Positions 25,692-35,410 of a stretch of 64,000 bases of DNA are shown here, in pieces; position 1 is the first letter of the stretch, and each line of letters begins with the position of its first letter. Origin of the DNA: Fastidiosipila sp. (lineage in GTDB: Bacteria > Bacillota > Clostridia > Saccharofermentanales > DTU023); assembly GCA_012511175.1 (NCBI GenBank), contig JAAZGO010000026.1:9073-73072 (forward strand). The letters are read 5' to 3'. A program made the position numbers and the translations under genes. Below the pieces are notes generated by a model. It worked only from the letters and a program-made list of their open reading frames with translations, was not told the DNA's origin and did not search any database.

Positions 25692-26750
25692 ATGAAACGT
25701 AAGGGACTTTTCCTTTTTTTGATATTTTTCCTTTGTTCCCTGATAGCCGCCTGCACCGGGCCGGGGAAGGAGGACAAGGGACCCCAAAAATATGAAGCCG
25801 AATTCGTCGGCCTTTTCGATACCCTGACCCGGGTCATGGGCTACGCCGACAGCCAGGATGCATTCAAGTCGACCGTCCAGGCCTTGAAGGACGATCTTGA
25901 AGTCTACCACCAGCTTTATGACATTTATCATGCCTACCCCGGCCGGGTCAACATCAGGACCCTGAATGAGAAAGCCGGCCAGGGCCCGGTCGAGGTTGAT
26001 CCGAAAATCATCGGCCTGCTCCTGTTTTCCAGGGAGGCTTATGACCAAACGGACGGCCGTGTCAACATCGCCTTGGGCGCGGTGACCGGGATCTGGCACC
26101 GCTACCGCCAGGAGGGCATCGATGATCCCCAGGCAGCCCGGCTGCCCGGCAGGGATCTCCTGGAGGAGGCGGCGCGGCATAGCTCCATTGATGACCTGAT
26201 CATTGATCAGGTCCGCTCCACGGTGGAACTGAAAGATCCCCGGATGAGCCTGGATGTGGGGGCGGTGGCCAAGGGCTATGCGGTGGAGCAGGCAGCCCTG
26301 GCGGCTGAGGCCCGCGGCGTCAAGCACCTTCTGATCTCCGTCGGCGGCAACGTTCGGGCCATCGGAGCCCGCAATGACCGGGGCGAACCCTGGCGGGTCG
26401 GCATCGAGAATCCCGATTATGCCGTGGATGATTACCTGGCCATCGTCAAGGCCGATTCCCTGTCTGTGGTAACAAGCGGCGTCTACGAGCGCTTTTACCT
26501 GGTGGATGGTAAATCCTACCATCACATCATTGACCCTGATACCCTTTTCCCGGAAAACAGGTACCTGTCTGTCTCCGTCATCACCCCGGATTCCGGCCTG
26601 GCCGACGTCCTTTCGACAGCCCTTTTCAACCTGGATTTGGAGGAAGGGAAAAAACTGATCGAGAGTCTGGACCGGACCGAAGCGCTCTGGTGCATGCCGG
26701 ACGGCAGCCTGATCGAAAGCAGCGGATTTTCAGCCTTTATAGAAGAATAA
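25692..26750 (+). CDS. apbE: FAD:protein FMN transferase (ApbE family) lipoprotein
   Basis: ATG 25692 (GGAG 6 nt upstream). Lipobox LIAAC. ApbE-like blocks LDVGAVAKGYAV, ISVGGNVRAIG and HHIIDPDT. Confidence 0.85.
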   Translation: MKRKGLFLFLIFFLCSLIAACTGPGKEDKGPQKYEAEFVGLFDTLTRVMGYADSQDAFKSTVQALKDDLEVYHQLYDIYHAYPGRVNIRTLNEKAGQGPVEVDPKIIGLLLFSREAYDQTDGRVNIALGAVTGIWHRYRQEGIDDPQAARLPGRDLLEEAARHSSIDDLIIDQVRSTVELKDPRMSLDVGAVAKGYAVEQAALAAEARGVKHLLISVGGNVRAIGARNDRGEPWRVGIENPDYAVDDYLAIVKADSLSVVTSGVYERFYLVDGKSYHHIIDPDTLFPENRYLSVSVITPDSGLADVLSTALFNLDLEEGKKLIESLDRTEALWCMPDGSLIESSGFSAFIEE

Positions 26751-26751
26751 G

Positions 26752-27306
26752 TTAGCTGGCTTCTTCCTTATGCTGCGGCAGGGGAAGTGCTGTCAGATTG
26801 CGGATAACCGGACCCGCGGCAGCACCGGTCAGGACTCCTGTCAGCAGGCCCGTGATCAGCAGGGGCGGCAAATAGGTCACAAGGAGCAGGGGTTCTGCCA
26901 GAACCAGGCTTGCGACACCTACCTGGCCGATATTGTGGGCCGCGGCCCCGGCCATGCTCATGCCGATGACCGAAAGCGACCTGCCCTCCAGAAAACTCAG
27001 AAGCCACATGACCACAAGGGCCAGCAGGCCTCCTCCCAAGGAAAAAAGCATGGTGGTAATCCCTGTGATGGCGCTCATAATCATGATCCGAACCAGCAGG
27101 ATGGCAAGGGCGTCTGTCACATGCAGCCGCATCAGGGCAACCAGGGTGACGATGTTGGCCAGACCCAGCTTCAAACCGGGAACCGGGACGATCAATTCCA
27201 GCGGAATCCAACGTTCAACCAGGGCCAGGACCAGGGCCAGGGATACCAACATGGCATCCAGGGTCAGGCGGCGCAGCCGCCTCCGTTGTGCCCCCTTGGT
27301 CTTCAC
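26752..27306 (-). CDS. Gx transporter family protein (Hpre_diP_synt_I-type membrane protein)
   Basis: 184 aa, about 5 TM. ERWIPLELIVPVPGLKLGLANIVTLVAL. The GTG start overlaps the upstream stop (GTGA). Confidence 0.7.
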   Translation of the reverse strand: MKTKGAQRRRLRRLTLDAMLVSLALVLALVERWIPLELIVPVPGLKLGLANIVTLVALMRLHVTDALAILLVRIMIMSAITGITTMLFSLGGGLLALVVMWLLSFLEGRSLSVIGMSMAGAAAHNIGQVGVASLVLAEPLLLVTYLPPLLITGLLTGVLTGAAAGPVIRNLTALPLPQHKEEAS

Positions 27307-27719
27307 CGGATCACCACATCAACATCGTCGCCGTCAGCCTGCGGGCCGCCCACTGCTTTCAGGATGACACCCCCGGGCACACAGGCGGCGATTGACCCTC
27401 TTTTCCCCACCCAGCCGGACTGGACACAGACCTTGTCGGGGCAGTCCGCCTCGGCAAAGCGGATCTTCCCCCCGCCCCATTCCAGCCGGTAGTGAAAACC
27501 GCCGAGCGAAATCTCTTCCTCCCCGTTTTTTTGTAAATCACCGGCCCCCCAGGTCCGGACCAGCCGGCCCTCTTGGGTCAGGACCACTGCACCGGCCTCC
27601 GGCCGGCCGGAAAAGACTGGCAAGATGAAAAGTCCGGCAGCCACAAGCAGAATGGCAGCCGCGACTACCAGATCCCCCCAGCGAAAAGCGTGGTACCAGC
27701 GCGGGTGATGTCGGGTCAT
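27303..27719 (-). CDS. NusG domain II-containing protein (DUF1312)
   Basis: TM anchor followed by CPDKVCVQSGWV...GSIAACVPGGVIL. ATG 27719 follows AAGGAG. The track's TTG at 27761 is possible. Confidence 0.7.
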   Translation of the reverse strand: MTRHHPRWYHAFRWGDLVVAAAILLVAAGLFILPVFSGRPEAGAVVLTQEGRLVRTWGAGDLQKNGEEEISLGGFHYRLEWGGGKIRFAEADCPDKVCVQSGWVGKRGSIAACVPGGVILKAVGGPQADGDDVDVVIR

Positions 27720-27803
27720 GCAACTCCTTGAATCAGTCTTTACTCCCGCCATTATAACCAATTTCAGGCAGGCAATCGGCTATAATCAGCTGAAGGAGAT
27801 TTT

Positions 27804-28700
27804 GTGTTTCATCTGATTTCTTTTCTGACAGGCGCCCTGCTGTCCGTCATGATCCTGATCAACGGCCGTTTAACCGAGCGGATCGGCTTGTATCAGGCAA
27901 CGGCCGTCATTCATCTGGCAGGGGTCCTCTTCTCCTTATTTGCCTCCTGGCTCCGAAAAGAGAAACCGCTCCCGCGCTCGCGGTCACCATGGTGGTTTTA
28001 CCTGGGCGGCGTCATCGGTGTTTACACCGCTCTGGCCAACAACTTTGCCTTTGGCAAAATCACCCTGACCAGTATCGTGGCCCTGGGCCTGCTCGGCCAG
28101 ACCATGGCCTCGCTCGTTATCGACACGACAGGCTGGCTGGGAATGACCCGGCGGCCCTTTCGCAAATCGACCCTGATCGGCCTTGTCTTTTGTTTCGCCG
28201 GCATCGGGATCATGCTGGACCACTCCGTCCTGGAAGCTGTTTTGGCCGTCTGGATGTCTTTCGGCACCGGGATCTCCATCGTCATCTCCCGATCCATCAA
28301 CGCCCGCCTGGCAGAACGGATCGGTCCGCTTCCCGGATCCTTTGTCAACCACCTGACAGGACTTCCAGTCGCTTACGCCCTGGTTCTTCTGACCGCAAAA
28401 AACCAGCCGCCTGTCTCTTATCCGGGAGGCCCGCAATCCTGGGTATATCTGGGAGGGGTGCTGGGTGTTGTTGCCGTCATGCTCTTCAATATCCTGGTCC
28501 CCAGAATTTCGCAGTTTCACCTGACGGTTCTGTCTTTCGTGGGGCAGGTTTTCACCGGCTTTTTCATTGATCTTTTCGTGGGCGGCTTTGCAGCCGATGC
28601 CTCCTTCTGGGGTGGCCTCCTGATTGCGGCCGGAATTGCCCTCAATCTGGGTCTCGAATACAAAGCCTCCCGTAAAGCGGGGCCGTCCCCCTCTAGTTGA
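27804..28700 (+). CDS. DMT-superfamily transporter, duplicated DUF606 (YdcZ-like)
   Basis: 298 aa, about 10 TM, two homologous halves. GTG start after AAGGAG. Confidence 0.65.
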   Translation: MFHLISFLTGALLSVMILINGRLTERIGLYQATAVIHLAGVLFSLFASWLRKEKPLPRSRSPWWFYLGGVIGVYTALANNFAFGKITLTSIVALGLLGQTMASLVIDTTGWLGMTRRPFRKSTLIGLVFCFAGIGIMLDHSVLEAVLAVWMSFGTGISIVISRSINARLAERIGPLPGSFVNHLTGLPVAYALVLLTAKNQPPVSYPGGPQSWVYLGGVLGVVAVMLFNILVPRISQFHLTVLSFVGQVFTGFFIDLFVGGFAADASFWGGLLIAAGIALNLGLEYKASRKAGPSPSS

Positions 28701-30024
28701 GGGTTACGATCAGCTCCCTGTAGAAGGACATCATTTTGCCCAGCTTATCAATGGCCAGATGCTCGTCCGTCCCGTGCATCAGGGCCAGCTCCGCCTCCGA
28801 CAGGCGGAGAGGCTGGAAGCGGTAAACATTGTCCGCCAGGTCTTCGTAATAGCGGCTGTCGGTCCCCCCCGCCATCAGATAAGGGATAACAACTGCGTCG
28901 GGGAACACCCGGCCGATGACCCCGACCAGATGGCTGTAGGCAGCTGAGTCGACCGATGCCGCCCTGGAGGGTTCCTCGACTGCGATGGGCCGCACCTGGC
29001 ACGGCACACCCGTTGTCTTTTCCAGGTGTTGCAACACGTCAGCCGTTGTCTCACCCTGCAAAACCCGGAGATTGGCCGTGCAAACCGCTTCTTTGGGAAG
29101 CACATTGGGGGCGGAGCCGCTGGAGCTCATGGTAAAGGCAAAAGTGGAGCGCAGGAGCGCAGCTGTCTGCTTGTTTTTCAGAAGGATGCCCTTGAGAAGA
29201 GGGAAAAAGAACCTGGGTTTTTTCAGGATCCAGCCCTGGATGCCCGGCATGTAGGGCGCAATACTTTTGAGCATCTTTTCAACGGTCTCTGTCAGCCGGG
29301 CCGGCATGGGATGACGTTCCGCCTTATAGATGAACTCCGCCATGTAGCCCAGGCTGGTGTGGGCTGGAGGGGTGGAGGAGTGCCCTTCCTCGCCGGTGAA
29401 AACAAACTCATAGCTGGCGCTGGCTTTCTCTGCCAGGCCAATGACAGCAACCGGTTCCTTGATGCCGATCATGGATCCGTCTGAGACGGCGCCCCCCTCA
29501 TCGAGGACACATTCAAAGCAGATTCCTTTTTCTTCAAACCAGCTGACGATCTTCTGGGCACCGTGGCGTCCGTTGACCTCTTCGTCAAAACCCAGCGCCA
29601 GCCACAGGTCACGCGGCGGCTGGAAACCTTCCTCCAGCAGCAGCTCAAAAGTTTCCATCAGGCCGATGACCGAACTCTTGTCGTCGATTGATCCGCGGCC
29701 CCAGACCCTGCCGTCGGCGATCACGCCCGAAAAAGGCCCCTCGTGGGTCCATCCCTCCTCAAGGGCCGGGACAACGTCATAGTGGGCCAGAAAAAGTATG
29801 GGCTGCCGGCTGCTGTCCTTGCCGGGCCAGCGGTAAACCGGGCTGTAGCCGTTGATCAGGGTGCGCTCCAGTTTCTGGTGCAACAGGGGGTAGGTTTTTT
29901 CAAGGAAACTTAGAAAAGACGAGAATACATCCAGATCCATCTCATCCAGGCTGAAATGTGAAACGGTCGGAAAGCGCACGGCTTGCGCCAGACGCTCCGC
30001 CGCCTGTTCAATTCTTTTTTCCAT
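28693..30024 (-). CDS. M20 family metallopeptidase
   Basis: AHYDVVPA, GRGSIDDKSSV and LGFDEEVNGRHGA. ATG 30024 (AAGGAG 7 nt upstream) is preferred. The track's extension overlaps the upstream gene. Confidence 0.85.
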   Translation of the reverse strand: MEKRIEQAAERLAQAVRFPTVSHFSLDEMDLDVFSSFLSFLEKTYPLLHQKLERTLINGYSPVYRWPGKDSSRQPILFLAHYDVVPALEEGWTHEGPFSGVIADGRVWGRGSIDDKSSVIGLMETFELLLEEGFQPPRDLWLALGFDEEVNGRHGAQKIVSWFEEKGICFECVLDEGGAVSDGSMIGIKEPVAVIGLAEKASASYEFVFTGEEGHSSTPPAHTSLGYMAEFIYKAERHPMPARLTETVEKMLKSIAPYMPGIQGWILKKPRFFFPLLKGILLKNKQTAALLRSTFAFTMSSSGSAPNVLPKEAVCTANLRVLQGETTADVLQHLEKTTGVPCQVRPIAVEEPSRAASVDSAAYSHLVGVIGRVFPDAVVIPYLMAGGTDSRYYEDLADNVYRFQPLRLSEAELALMHGTDEHLAIDKLGKMMSFYRELIVTLN

Positions 30025-30052
30025 GTGATTGCTCCTTATCCATTTGGATGGG

Positions 30053-31474
30053 TCAAAGTCCGATGAAATAGCCCAGATAGAGCCAGGCCAGACTGAGCAG
30101 GGCCAGACCCAGCTGCAGTAAAATTTCCCAGCGGAACCACTTGGTGTAGCCAACAGGGGAAAATCCCAGGCCAATCATCAGGGCCGCATTGGTCGGGTAG
30201 AGCAGATTTGAAAAGCCGTCGCCGAAGATGAAGGCCTGGACAGCCAGCTGCCGTGACAGGCCGGTCACATCAACGATGGGCAAGAGGATAGGCAGAACCA
30301 GGAAGGCCTTGGCTGAGCCCGATCCGATAAAGAAATTGAGAGCCAGGATAAGCAGCCAGACCCAGACAATGGCCATGACAGGACTCATTCCCCCAAGTTC
30401 GCTGACAGCGGCAAAGAGAATGGTATCCATGACACCGCCCCGGACAACAATCTGTTTGATGCTCATCGCCATCAGGATCAGGGCGATGGCCGGCGCCACT
30501 CCCAGAAGTCCGGCCAGCAGCGCCCTCCCCATTTCCTTGACCGGCATGATCCGGGCGGCCAGGACGCTGATCACTGATCCGGCCAGAAAAAGAACCGCAA
30601 TCAGCGGGAAACTGATATCTGACAGGAAGCTGATGAAAAATGAGGCGACCAGGACAGCAGCGATCAGGAGAAGGAAGACCGAAAAGATCTTCAGGGCCCG
30701 GTTGACTCCTTCCGGGTATGTCAAGTTTTCTTCCGCTTTCAGTTGCCCGTCTTCACGGTAAACAAGGGACCGGGCAGGATCCTTCTCGATGCGTTTGGCG
30801 TACCACCTAAGGAATAACTGGACCAGAAGGAAGGAGGTGACAAAAATGGCAATCCGGAAGGGGGTAGCCGAATAAAGGGGCAAGCCGGCAAGTTTTTGTG
30901 CCACGCCCAGGGTGAAGGGGTTGAAGACGGCCGCCCCGAAGCCAATCCCGGCGGAAAGGAGGCTCATGCCCAAGCCAATCAGGGAGTCCCAGCCCATTTT
31001 TCTGGCCAGGATCAAACAGAAGGGAACCAGGACAATCAGTTCTTCAAAAACACCGAAACAGGCCCCGAACAGCATAAAGAACAGGCTGACAGCAGACAGG
31101 AGCATGTATTTCCTTGAGGCGTAGCGGGTCATCAGCCGATCCATCAGCCGCTCTACCATGCCGCCCCGTAAAAGGAGGGTGAAACTTGCCCCCAAAAAAA
31201 GAAGAAAAATCAAAATGACCCAGACCACTTCGGCACCGGGGCCAATCAGGACCTCAAAAGGAGCAGTCAACCAGAGATAAGGCGGATAAAAGGGTTTATC
31301 CGTGTAGCGGAAAGATCCCTCCACAATCATCTCCCGCCCGTCAAGCACCATCCGGTCGTAGGAGCCCGCGGGGAGAATCAGGGTGAGCAGACCCGCCACG
31401 ATCATGAGGACAAGCAGGGTGCCCAGCGAGATCAGATAGGAACGCTTTCCGATACGGAGTGACTGACGATTCAT
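30053..31474 (-). CDS. YfcC family (DcuC-like) membrane transporter
   Basis: 473-aa polytopic protein. N-terminus KRSYLISLGTLLVLMIVAGLLTLILPAGSYDR. AGGAGG RBS. In an operon with the M20 peptidase. Confidence 0.75.
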   Translation of the reverse strand: MNRQSLRIGKRSYLISLGTLLVLMIVAGLLTLILPAGSYDRMVLDGREMIVEGSFRYTDKPFYPPYLWLTAPFEVLIGPGAEVVWVILIFLLFLGASFTLLLRGGMVERLMDRLMTRYASRKYMLLSAVSLFFMLFGACFGVFEELIVLVPFCLILARKMGWDSLIGLGMSLLSAGIGFGAAVFNPFTLGVAQKLAGLPLYSATPFRIAIFVTSFLLVQLFLRWYAKRIEKDPARSLVYREDGQLKAEENLTYPEGVNRALKIFSVFLLLIAAVLVASFFISFLSDISFPLIAVLFLAGSVISVLAARIMPVKEMGRALLAGLLGVAPAIALILMAMSIKQIVVRGGVMDTILFAAVSELGGMSPVMAIVWVWLLILALNFFIGSGSAKAFLVLPILLPIVDVTGLSRQLAVQAFIFGDGFSNLLYPTNAALMIGLGFSPVGYTKWFRWEILLQLGLALLSLAWLYLGYFIGL

Positions 31475-31498
31475 GACTGACCTCCTGCCAACCGCCTC

Positions 31499-31765
31499 CT
31501 AATCGCGGCCCGTGGCTCGTTTGTAGAGCAATAAAACCCAAAAGGCGATGATGGAGGCCAAAATCGCAATCCCCGTCAGGAGAAGGAACAAGCTGAGATC
31601 GCCACCCGCGGCAAGAGCCGCCAGCAAAACCACAAGAACCATGGACAAAAGAACAATCAGCAGTTTGCCAAACGCGGACGACAGGAAGCGTTTGAAAAAT
31701 CTCAGTTCATCGGGAGTGAATCCCTGTTTCCTGCCCTTGCCTGCTGATTTCTTTTTCCCGGCCAT
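31499..31765 (-). CDS. small basic membrane protein, hypothetical
   Basis: 88 aa. Lys-rich N-terminus followed by two TM helices. Confidence 0.4.
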   Translation of the reverse strand: MAGKKKSAGKGRKQGFTPDELRFFKRFLSSAFGKLLIVLLSMVLVVLLAALAAGGDLSLFLLLTGIAILASIIAFWVLLLYKRATGRD

Positions 31766-31832
31766 GACCTGTCCCCCATCTTTCTCATGATACTATGACT
31801 TTGGCTTTCATTAAAGAAAGATCAAAGACTCA

Positions 31833-33647
31833 ATGGATGGAATTACTGCACAAGCCATGGCACCCGAACTCGACAGGCTGCTGTCGGGCTCCCTTGTTGA
31901 CCGGATTTCCATGAGCGACCGCAACACCCTCCACCTGGCCCTTTTCACAGTCAGAAAAAGCAAATTCAACCTGACCCTCAGCGCGGCCGCCGCCCGGCCC
32001 ACCCTCATCCTTTCAACCGATTCCTCACCGCAAGGATTGAATCCGCCCCCATCCTTTGCCATGTTTCTGCGCAAGCACCTGCGGAGGGCGAGAATCGATT
32101 CCATCACCACCCCGCCCTGGGAGCGCATCTTCAACGTCAACTTTTCGGCTCTCGACGAACTGGGTGATCCCGTCAATCTGCGGCTCATTTTCGAATGCAT
32201 GCCCCGAACGGCCAATCTGGTACTGGTGAACAGCCAGGACGTGATCCTGGCAGTCCTGCGCCCTGTTGATCACAGTGTCAACCGTTTCAGGGAAATGCTT
32301 CCCGCCCATCCCTACATCCCCCCGCCTGTCCAGGACAGGCTGAATCCCACTGAATGTGCCAGTCTGGAAACAGACAGCCTGCTGGGGGAATTGACGGACA
32401 GTCAACTGTCCGGCCGGGCCCTGGCAGGCCGGGTAGCAGGATTTTCACCCATCCTGGGCCAGGAAGTGATCTCAAGGGCAGGCCCGGGCGCATCCCGTGA
32501 ACAAGTGGCTGAAGCCCTTCGCATCCTCTGCCTTGAAATCGCCGCAGGCCATTATTGCCCCGCCGTCTATTACGACGGGCCCTGGGGAAACCCCCTTGCA
32601 GCCCATGCAGTCAGGCTCTCCCATCTTCCCGTCCAGGTCCTTTATGACGACACCTACAAGGCTGTGGCAGACTACAGCCAGGCAGTTGCCGCCATCGACC
32701 GCTTCCGCCAAAGGCAACAGGCCATCACCAAAACCATGGAGGCGCATCTCAAGCGCACGCAGAAAAAGAGACAGCTCCACGAAGCCGATGTGGCAACCGG
32801 AAAAGAGGCCGCAAGCGACCGTCTCATGGGAGAACTGATCCTTGCCTGGATCCACACCATCCCCCCCGGCACCCAGGGTCTGACCCTGGACAACTACCGG
32901 GATCCGGGGAAGCAGGTATACTGTCCCCTGAATCCCCGCCTGTCGCCCGCTGAAAACGCCAACCTCTATTTTAGGAAAGCCAAGCGGAAAGAACGTAAAC
33001 TCGGGTCGGCCCGGCGTTTTCTCCAGGAAGACCTGGACGAACTGGCCTGGCTGGAATCCCTCCTGGCAGCTGCGGGCTATGCAGAAACCGGGGAGGATCT
33101 CCTGGCAGTCGAGCGCGAATACCATCAGCGTTCGGCAGCAGAGAAAACCAGCATCAGTGAAGCGCCACCGGCAGCTGGTATGCCCGGCAAACCAGCATCA
33201 AAAAAGAGACGGCAGCAACCGGGCGGACCAGCCGGCAGGAAAACCAAAAAGACCTTGGAAAAGCAAGAAAGCCTGCCCGGTCCCCGGCTCTTTCGATCCG
33301 CTGACGGTTTTCTCATTGCCAGCGGCCGCAACAACCTGCAAAACGATCAGCTCCTCAGGAAAGCCGGGCGCGATGATCTATGGTTTCACGTCAAAAACTT
33401 TGCCGGCTCACACGTCATCCTGTCAAAAGACGGCCGCCCATTGACTCCTCTGGCCATCGAAGAGGCCGCGGCTGTGGCCGCCTGGTATTCAGGAGCAGGG
33501 AGAGGAGGGGGTGCTGTGGAAGTCGACTATTGTCCCGTCCGGCAGGTCAAAAAGATCCCCGGCACCCGACCCGGCAAGGTCACCTACAGCGACTACAAGA
33601 CCCTTTACATCAAACCGGCTGACCCCTCACACCTGAAAATCACCTGA
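31833..33647 (+). CDS. rqcH: ribosome quality-control protein RqcH (NFACT/FbpA family)
   Basis: 604 aa. NFACT-N start (MDGITAQAMAPELDRLL), a coiled-coil middle, and C-terminal DDLWFHVKNFAGSHVIL. Confidence 0.85.
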   Translation: MDGITAQAMAPELDRLLSGSLVDRISMSDRNTLHLALFTVRKSKFNLTLSAAAARPTLILSTDSSPQGLNPPPSFAMFLRKHLRRARIDSITTPPWERIFNVNFSALDELGDPVNLRLIFECMPRTANLVLVNSQDVILAVLRPVDHSVNRFREMLPAHPYIPPPVQDRLNPTECASLETDSLLGELTDSQLSGRALAGRVAGFSPILGQEVISRAGPGASREQVAEALRILCLEIAAGHYCPAVYYDGPWGNPLAAHAVRLSHLPVQVLYDDTYKAVADYSQAVAAIDRFRQRQQAITKTMEAHLKRTQKKRQLHEADVATGKEAASDRLMGELILAWIHTIPPGTQGLTLDNYRDPGKQVYCPLNPRLSPAENANLYFRKAKRKERKLGSARRFLQEDLDELAWLESLLAAAGYAETGEDLLAVEREYHQRSAAEKTSISEAPPAAGMPGKPASKKRRQQPGGPAGRKTKKTLEKQESLPGPRLFRSADGFLIASGRNNLQNDQLLRKAGRDDLWFHVKNFAGSHVILSKDGRPLTPLAIEEAAAVAAWYSGAGRGGGAVEVDYCPVRQVKKIPGTRPGKVTYSDYKTLYIKPADPSHLKIT

Positions 33648-33652
33648 CCCGT

Positions 33653-34234
33653 TTAAGGGATCAAGCTTTGATGATCCTTCAGGATGGATTCGAGGTAGGT
33701 GGATTTCTCCAGTGAGACCACACAGCCACAGTATTTTTGCCTGTAAAGACCCAGGTCACGCGCCAGGGCCTGGCCCTTGCGGTACCCATCCCGCCAGTCA
33801 CAGGCAAGGAAGGTCATTCCGTGGCTGGCAGAAGCACGACGGCCCTCCTGCAGCATCTGTTCCCGATTCTGATAGGGGCTGACCAGCAGAGTCGAACTGA
33901 TGGCATCAAATCCCCGCGCTGCCGCCTCTTTCGCAAGCCCCGAGAATCTCACCCGATAGCAGTATCGGCAACGTTCCTGCCCGTCATTGGCCCGTTTTTG
34001 CCATTCCCCGGGCAGGGAGCAGCCCTGAGTGATCAGGGGAACCCCATAATGATCCGCCACTTTGAGCGCATTGTCCAAACGGCGCTCCCATTCAAGCTGC
34101 GGATGAATGTTGGGATTATAAAATAAAAGGGATACATCAGCGCCTCTTTCCAAAAGGCGCTCAAGCGGCCACATGGCGCAGGGACCGCAGCAGGCGTGAA
34201 GCAGGAGCTTTTTGAAATCAGGGACGTCAGTCAT
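33653..34234 (-). CDS. queH: epoxyqueuosine reductase QueH
   Basis: [26 protein letters not shown] and CRYCYRVRF (DUF208). ATG 34234 overlaps the ruvB stop by 8 nt. Confidence 0.85.
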   Translation of the reverse strand: MTDVPDFKKLLLHACCGPCAMWPLERLLERGADVSLLFYNPNIHPQLEWERRLDNALKVADHYGVPLITQGCSLPGEWQKRANDGQERCRYCYRVRFSGLAKEAAARGFDAISSTLLVSPYQNREQMLQEGRRASASHGMTFLACDWRDGYRKGQALARDLGLYRQKYCGCVVSLEKSTYLESILKDHQSLIP

Positions 34235-35360
34235 CTGCCAGGGCTCCGTCTCTTTGTCCGGACTCCATGATTTCCTGCAATGAAACCTGTCCGGCATCGC
34301 CCAAATTTCTGGCATTCCGTTCGACGTAAGGGAGACCCAGATGATCGAAACCGCCCCGGGTCAAAATCCTGCCGCGCGGTGTTTTCGCGATGAAACCAAT
34401 TTGCATCAGGTAGGGCTCGTAGATGTCCTCAATGGTCACTGCGTCCTCTCCCGTTGATGCCGCCAGAGTATCCAGGCCGACCGGTCCTCCGTCATACATT
34501 TCGGCCATGACCCGCATGATCAGCCGGTCATTTCCGTCCAGGCCGATGGAGTCGATCTCCAGCGCTGACAGACCCATTTCACAGATGGCCCGGTTGACGA
34601 CGTTGTCACCCCTGACCTGAGCATAGTCGCGCATGCGGCGCAAGAGCCGGATGGCGACACGCGGAGTTCCGCGGCAGCGGCCGGACAGCTCACGCAGACC
34701 ATGATCGTCAATGCCCACTCCGAGCAGGGCGGCGTAGCGGTTGAGAATTTGTGAAATCTCGGAAGGCTGGTAGAGGTCGAGGCGTTGGATCAGGCCAAAG
34801 CGGTCGCGCAACGGCGACGTGAGCAGTCCCGCCCTTGTCGTCGCCCCGATCAGGGTAAAGCGGGGCAGGTCCAGCCTGATGGAACGGGCGGATGGCCCTT
34901 TGCCGATCAGGATGTCAAGGGCGTAGTCTTCCATAGCGGGGTAAAGGATTTCCTCCACCGTCCGGTTCAGCCGATGGATTTCATCGATGAAAAGAACATC
35001 GTGTTCCTGGAGATTGGTCAGAATGGCCGCCAGGTCGCCCTGGCGTTCGATGGCAGGCCCCGAGGTGATGCGCATCTCAACCCCGAGTTCATGGGCGATG
35101 ATACCCGCCAGGGTTGTCTTTCCCAGGCCGGGAGGGCCGTAAAGCAGGATGTGGTCCAGAGACTCCCCGCGCGCTTTCGCAGCCTCAATGGCGATGCCGA
35201 GATTGGCCTTGACCTTTTCCTGGCCGAAGTATTCGCCCCATCGGCGCGGCCTGAGCTGCGGCTCATCTGTTTCATCGCTCAGCGCTTTCCGTGATAAAAC
35301 GCGCTCTTCCTCAAAACAGCCGTCATCATCTTCCCTCATGGTGCTTTGGAATTCAAACAT
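34227..35360 (-). CDS. ruvB: Holliday junction branch migration helicase RuvB
   Basis: [16 protein letters not shown], Walker [10 protein letters not shown] and DEIHRL. Confidence 0.95.
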   Translation of the reverse strand: MFEFQSTMREDDDGCFEEERVLSRKALSDETDEPQLRPRRWGEYFGQEKVKANLGIAIEAAKARGESLDHILLYGPPGLGKTTLAGIIAHELGVEMRITSGPAIERQGDLAAILTNLQEHDVLFIDEIHRLNRTVEEILYPAMEDYALDILIGKGPSARSIRLDLPRFTLIGATTRAGLLTSPLRDRFGLIQRLDLYQPSEISQILNRYAALLGVGIDDHGLRELSGRCRGTPRVAIRLLRRMRDYAQVRGDNVVNRAICEMGLSALEIDSIGLDGNDRLIMRVMAEMYDGGPVGLDTLAASTGEDAVTIEDIYEPYLMQIGFIAKTPRGRILTRGGFDHLGLPYVERNARNLGDAGQVSLQEIMESGQRDGALADD

Positions 35361-35410
35361 GGCCCGAACCTGCTTTCCCTTTCAGGATACCAAAGAAGAG
35401 GGCGGGACCG

